Below are positions 61,860-64,000 of a DNA stretch of 64,000 nt, piece after piece. Below the pieces are notes generated by a model. It saw nothing but the letters and a program-made list of their open reading frames with translations. It had not been told where the DNA came from and did no database searches. The stretch comes from an uncultured Gammaproteobacteria bacterium (lineage in GTDB: Bacteria > Pseudomonadota > Gammaproteobacteria > JASBUN01), in the NCBI GenBank assembly GCA_963773585.1, contig CAVZBR010000004.1:429941-493940 (forward strand). The letters are read 5' to 3'. Each line of letters opens with the position of its first letter. Position 1 is the stretch's first letter. The translations under genes and the position numbers were made by a program.

Positions 61860-62296
61860 GCTTCGCCTCTTGATTGAAGGTTAACCGCAGATGGCGCAGA
61901 TTTGCGCAGATGGCTCACTGACTGGATGAAGCGTTTGTAGTCGAGACGCAGCGTGGCGAAATTGATCAGGAGGGCGCGCTCGAAACCGGTGGCTTTGAGG
62001 TAGTGGAGTGCTTGGGCGGATTCGATATCGGTGAGAGTCCTAACCGCCTTGGGTTCGACGATAATTGAGCCATAGCAGACGAAATCCGCGCGGTAAGGCG
62101 TGCCCAAAGTGCATCCCTTGTAGAGAACGGGGATCGAGTGCTCGCGAGTGAATGGAATGTCACGGTGGGCAAATTCGATCTCCAGGGCATCCTGATACAC
62201 CCCTTCCAGAAAGCCATTTCCCAGCTCCCTATGCACCTCCATGGCCGCGCCAATAATGGCGTACGTTTCCGGGTCTCTCTGTGAATCTGCGTTCAT
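61856..62296 (-). CDS. GxxExxY protein (PD-(D/E)XK-like nuclease family)
   Basis: IIGAAMEVHRELGNGFLEGVYQDAL, YRADF..IIVEPKA, YLKATG..LLINF. Confidence 0.9.
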   Translation of the reverse strand: MNADSQRDPETYAIIGAAMEVHRELGNGFLEGVYQDALEIEFAHRDIPFTREHSIPVLYKGCTLGTPYRADFVCYGSIIVEPKAVRTLTDIESAQALHYLKATGFERALLINFATLRLDYKRFIQSVSHLRKSAPSAVNLQSRGEA

Positions 62297-62313
62297 CTGC
62301 GCCAGATGCGGTT
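61883..62313. mobile_element. Candidate element: GxxExxY ORF between 29-nt inverted CGCAGAT-triplet arms
   Basis: Arms at 61883-61911 and 62285-62313 share the architecture of 54870-54946. Confidence 0.6.
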
Positions 62314-63922
62314 ACACTCCGATCTTCTTGAGGATGTCCCGGAGCGCCTTGTCCGTCTCCCGCGCCTCGGCTTCTACGGCCCTCAGTTCCTCGACGATCT
62401 CCGCAATCGGCCGATAGGTTTCGGCATCTGAGGTATGGATGTAGCGGCTGGGGGAGATGTTGTAGTCGTTCTTCTTCAGCTCAGCGTGATCGACGATGCG
62501 GCTGAGTTTTTCCTCTTCCTTCCAGCCGATGAGGGTGTCGGCGATGCGCTGGATACCCGCGCCGGGGATGAAGTTCTTGGGGTCGCCCTTTTCAAAGACC
62601 TGGCTGGCGTTGACGAGGAAGACCTTGCCCTTGCGCTCCTTCCGCTTGGCCTTGTTCAGGAACAGCACGATGCCCGGGGCGGTGGTGTTGTAGAAGAGGT
62701 TTTCCGGCAGGTAGAGGACGCTCTCGATCAGGTCGTGGTCGACGAACCACTGGCGGACGGTCTTTTCCTTGTTGGTGCCGGCATTGCCCGAGCCGCGGGA
62801 GGCGGCGCCGGTGTCGAGGACGACGGCAGCGCGGCCTTTGTCATTGAGGCTGGCGTGCATATGCTGGACCCAGCCCCAGTCGGCGGAGGCTTTGCCGGGG
62901 AAGCCCGCGCCGGCGGGGAAGCGGTCGAGTTCGTCGTTGTCGTAGTCGGCCTCGGTGAACCAGTCCTGGTTCCACATGGGATTGGCGACGACGCGGTCAA
63001 AGGTGCGGAGTTTGCCCTGCTTGTTGCGGAATTTGGGATTTTTGAAGGTGTCGCCGATCTCGATCTCGCCTTCCATGTCGTGGATGATCATGTTCATGTT
63101 GGCCATGGCCCAGGTGTCGGCGGTGTATTCCTGGCCGTAGAGCTTGAGCGGGGCGACGGTGCGCTTCTTGCCTTTGGCCGCCTCTTCCATTGCGATCTCG
63201 CATTTGATGAGCAGGCCGCCGGAGCCGCAGGTGGGGTCGTAAATCTCCATGCCGGGCTCCGGCTGGAGCACCTTCGACATGATGGTGCCGACTTCCGGTG
63301 GCGTGTAGAACTCGCCGGCGCTCTGGCCGCCGCCCTCGGCGAACTTGCGGATGAGGTATTCGTAGCTCTTGCCGATGATGTCGGCTTCGACGTCCTCGAG
63401 TCCGAGGCGTTTGGTGCTGATCGCTTCGATCAGGTTGGAAAGTCGGTCGTCGTCGATATCCCGCTGACCGTGGGTGGTGGCGTTGAAGTCGACGCGGTCG
63501 ATGATGCCCTGTAAACGGGGGTTTTGCTTTGCGATGGCGCGCATGTGGGTGGTGACGCCTTCGCCGATCTTGTCGGAGAGTTTGCGGATGATGGACCAGA
63601 CCGATTCTTCCGGGTCTTCCGGCAGCAGGGGGAGATAGAAGCGCACCAGCTTGTGATCGGCCTTGACGAACTGGAAGGCCTTTTTGCGCGAGCCGACTTC
63701 GGCCGCGATGCGGTTAACCTCGTCATCGAAGACATCGCACAGCCGCTTGGTAAAGATCAACGGCAGGATGTAATCCTTGTACTTCGGTGCATCTTTGGCA
63801 CCACGGATGGAGCAGGCCGCATCCCAGATCCAGGATTCGAGCGATTTTCCGTTGGTGCGTTCGATGCCGTTGGCAGCGGTTTTCCTGGTCGATTTTTTCT
63901 TTTTGGCGGCCACTTCTCTCAT
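62312..63922 (-). CDS. hsdM: Type I R-M N6-adenine methyltransferase
   Basis: GEFYTP, YDPTCGSGG, YGQE, VANPMW, LPENLFYNT. Confidence 0.93.
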   Translation of the reverse strand: MREVAAKKKKSTRKTAANGIERTNGKSLESWIWDAACSIRGAKDAPKYKDYILPLIFTKRLCDVFDDEVNRIAAEVGSRKKAFQFVKADHKLVRFYLPLLPEDPEESVWSIIRKLSDKIGEGVTTHMRAIAKQNPRLQGIIDRVDFNATTHGQRDIDDDRLSNLIEAISTKRLGLEDVEADIIGKSYEYLIRKFAEGGGQSAGEFYTPPEVGTIMSKVLQPEPGMEIYDPTCGSGGLLIKCEIAMEEAAKGKKRTVAPLKLYGQEYTADTWAMANMNMIIHDMEGEIEIGDTFKNPKFRNKQGKLRTFDRVVANPMWNQDWFTEADYDNDELDRFPAGAGFPGKASADWGWVQHMHASLNDKGRAAVVLDTGAASRGSGNAGTNKEKTVRQWFVDHDLIESVLYLPENLFYNTTAPGIVLFLNKAKRKERKGKVFLVNASQVFEKGDPKNFIPGAGIQRIADTLIGWKEEEKLSRIVDHAELKKNDYNISPSRYIHTSDAETYRPIAEIVEELRAVEAEARETDKALRDILKKIGV

Positions 63923-64000
63923 TCTCTTGATATTTGATACGTGGTGATTATTTGGTGTCTATTTTGAGTGAAGGCCATGCCGCGGATTCTGGGTCCACTT

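Noticed and set aside
54870-62313. CGCAGAT units or the TCG-N10-CGA boxes as a CRISPR array
   Set aside because: No identical 23-47-nt direct repeats with unique spacers, and no cas genes.
1-64000. rRNA, tRNA or integron integrase genes
   Set aside because: No tRNA cloverleaf, rRNA signature or tyrosine recombinase motif found by eye; tRNAscan-SE and cmscan would be needed to exclude them fully.

Overview
GC-rich (roughly 60-65% by eye), proteobacterial-looking chromosomal segment with four zones. (1) 1-19.3 kb: PfkB kinase, Tat-exported DUF1259 protein, KamA-like radical SAM enzyme with a MarR regulator, then a complete xanthomonadin-type (halogenated aryl-polyene) cluster: GT2-DUF218 fusion, FabG, two dehydratases, KS/CLF, MMPL, LolA-like, acyltransferase, AMP ligase, ACP, FAD halogenase and chorismatase. 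(2) 19.4-46 kb: accessory genes (DUF2868/DUF3482-GTPase pair, orphan kinase, catalase, Bcr MFS, GGDEF-EAL, AraC plus methyltransferase, SulP-USP, rhodanese, EamA) mixed with collapsed gene relics, IS3 relics and decayed attC-like cassettes. (3) 46.5-50.5 kb: kaiC-kaiB-kaiB-hybrid kinase operon without kaiA, bracketed by two related IS3 relics. (4) 50.7-64 kb: decayed cassette/TA region and a type I R-M locus carrying GxxExxY, a RhuM relic, an OLD-like ATPase-TOPRIM protein and hipBA between two copies of the hsdR 5' end. The most notable signal is a 29-nt inverted arm (AAC-CGCAGAT-nn-CGCAGAT-nnn-CGCAGAT) that brackets the GxxExxY nuclease gene and recurs as a gene-less 77-bp palindrome in frame inside hsdR, which suggests an autonomous/non-autonomous mobile element pair. 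Several single-base frameshifts may be sequencing errors. I saw no rRNA, tRNA, CRISPR array or integron integrase. All family calls rest on motif recognition, not database searches.
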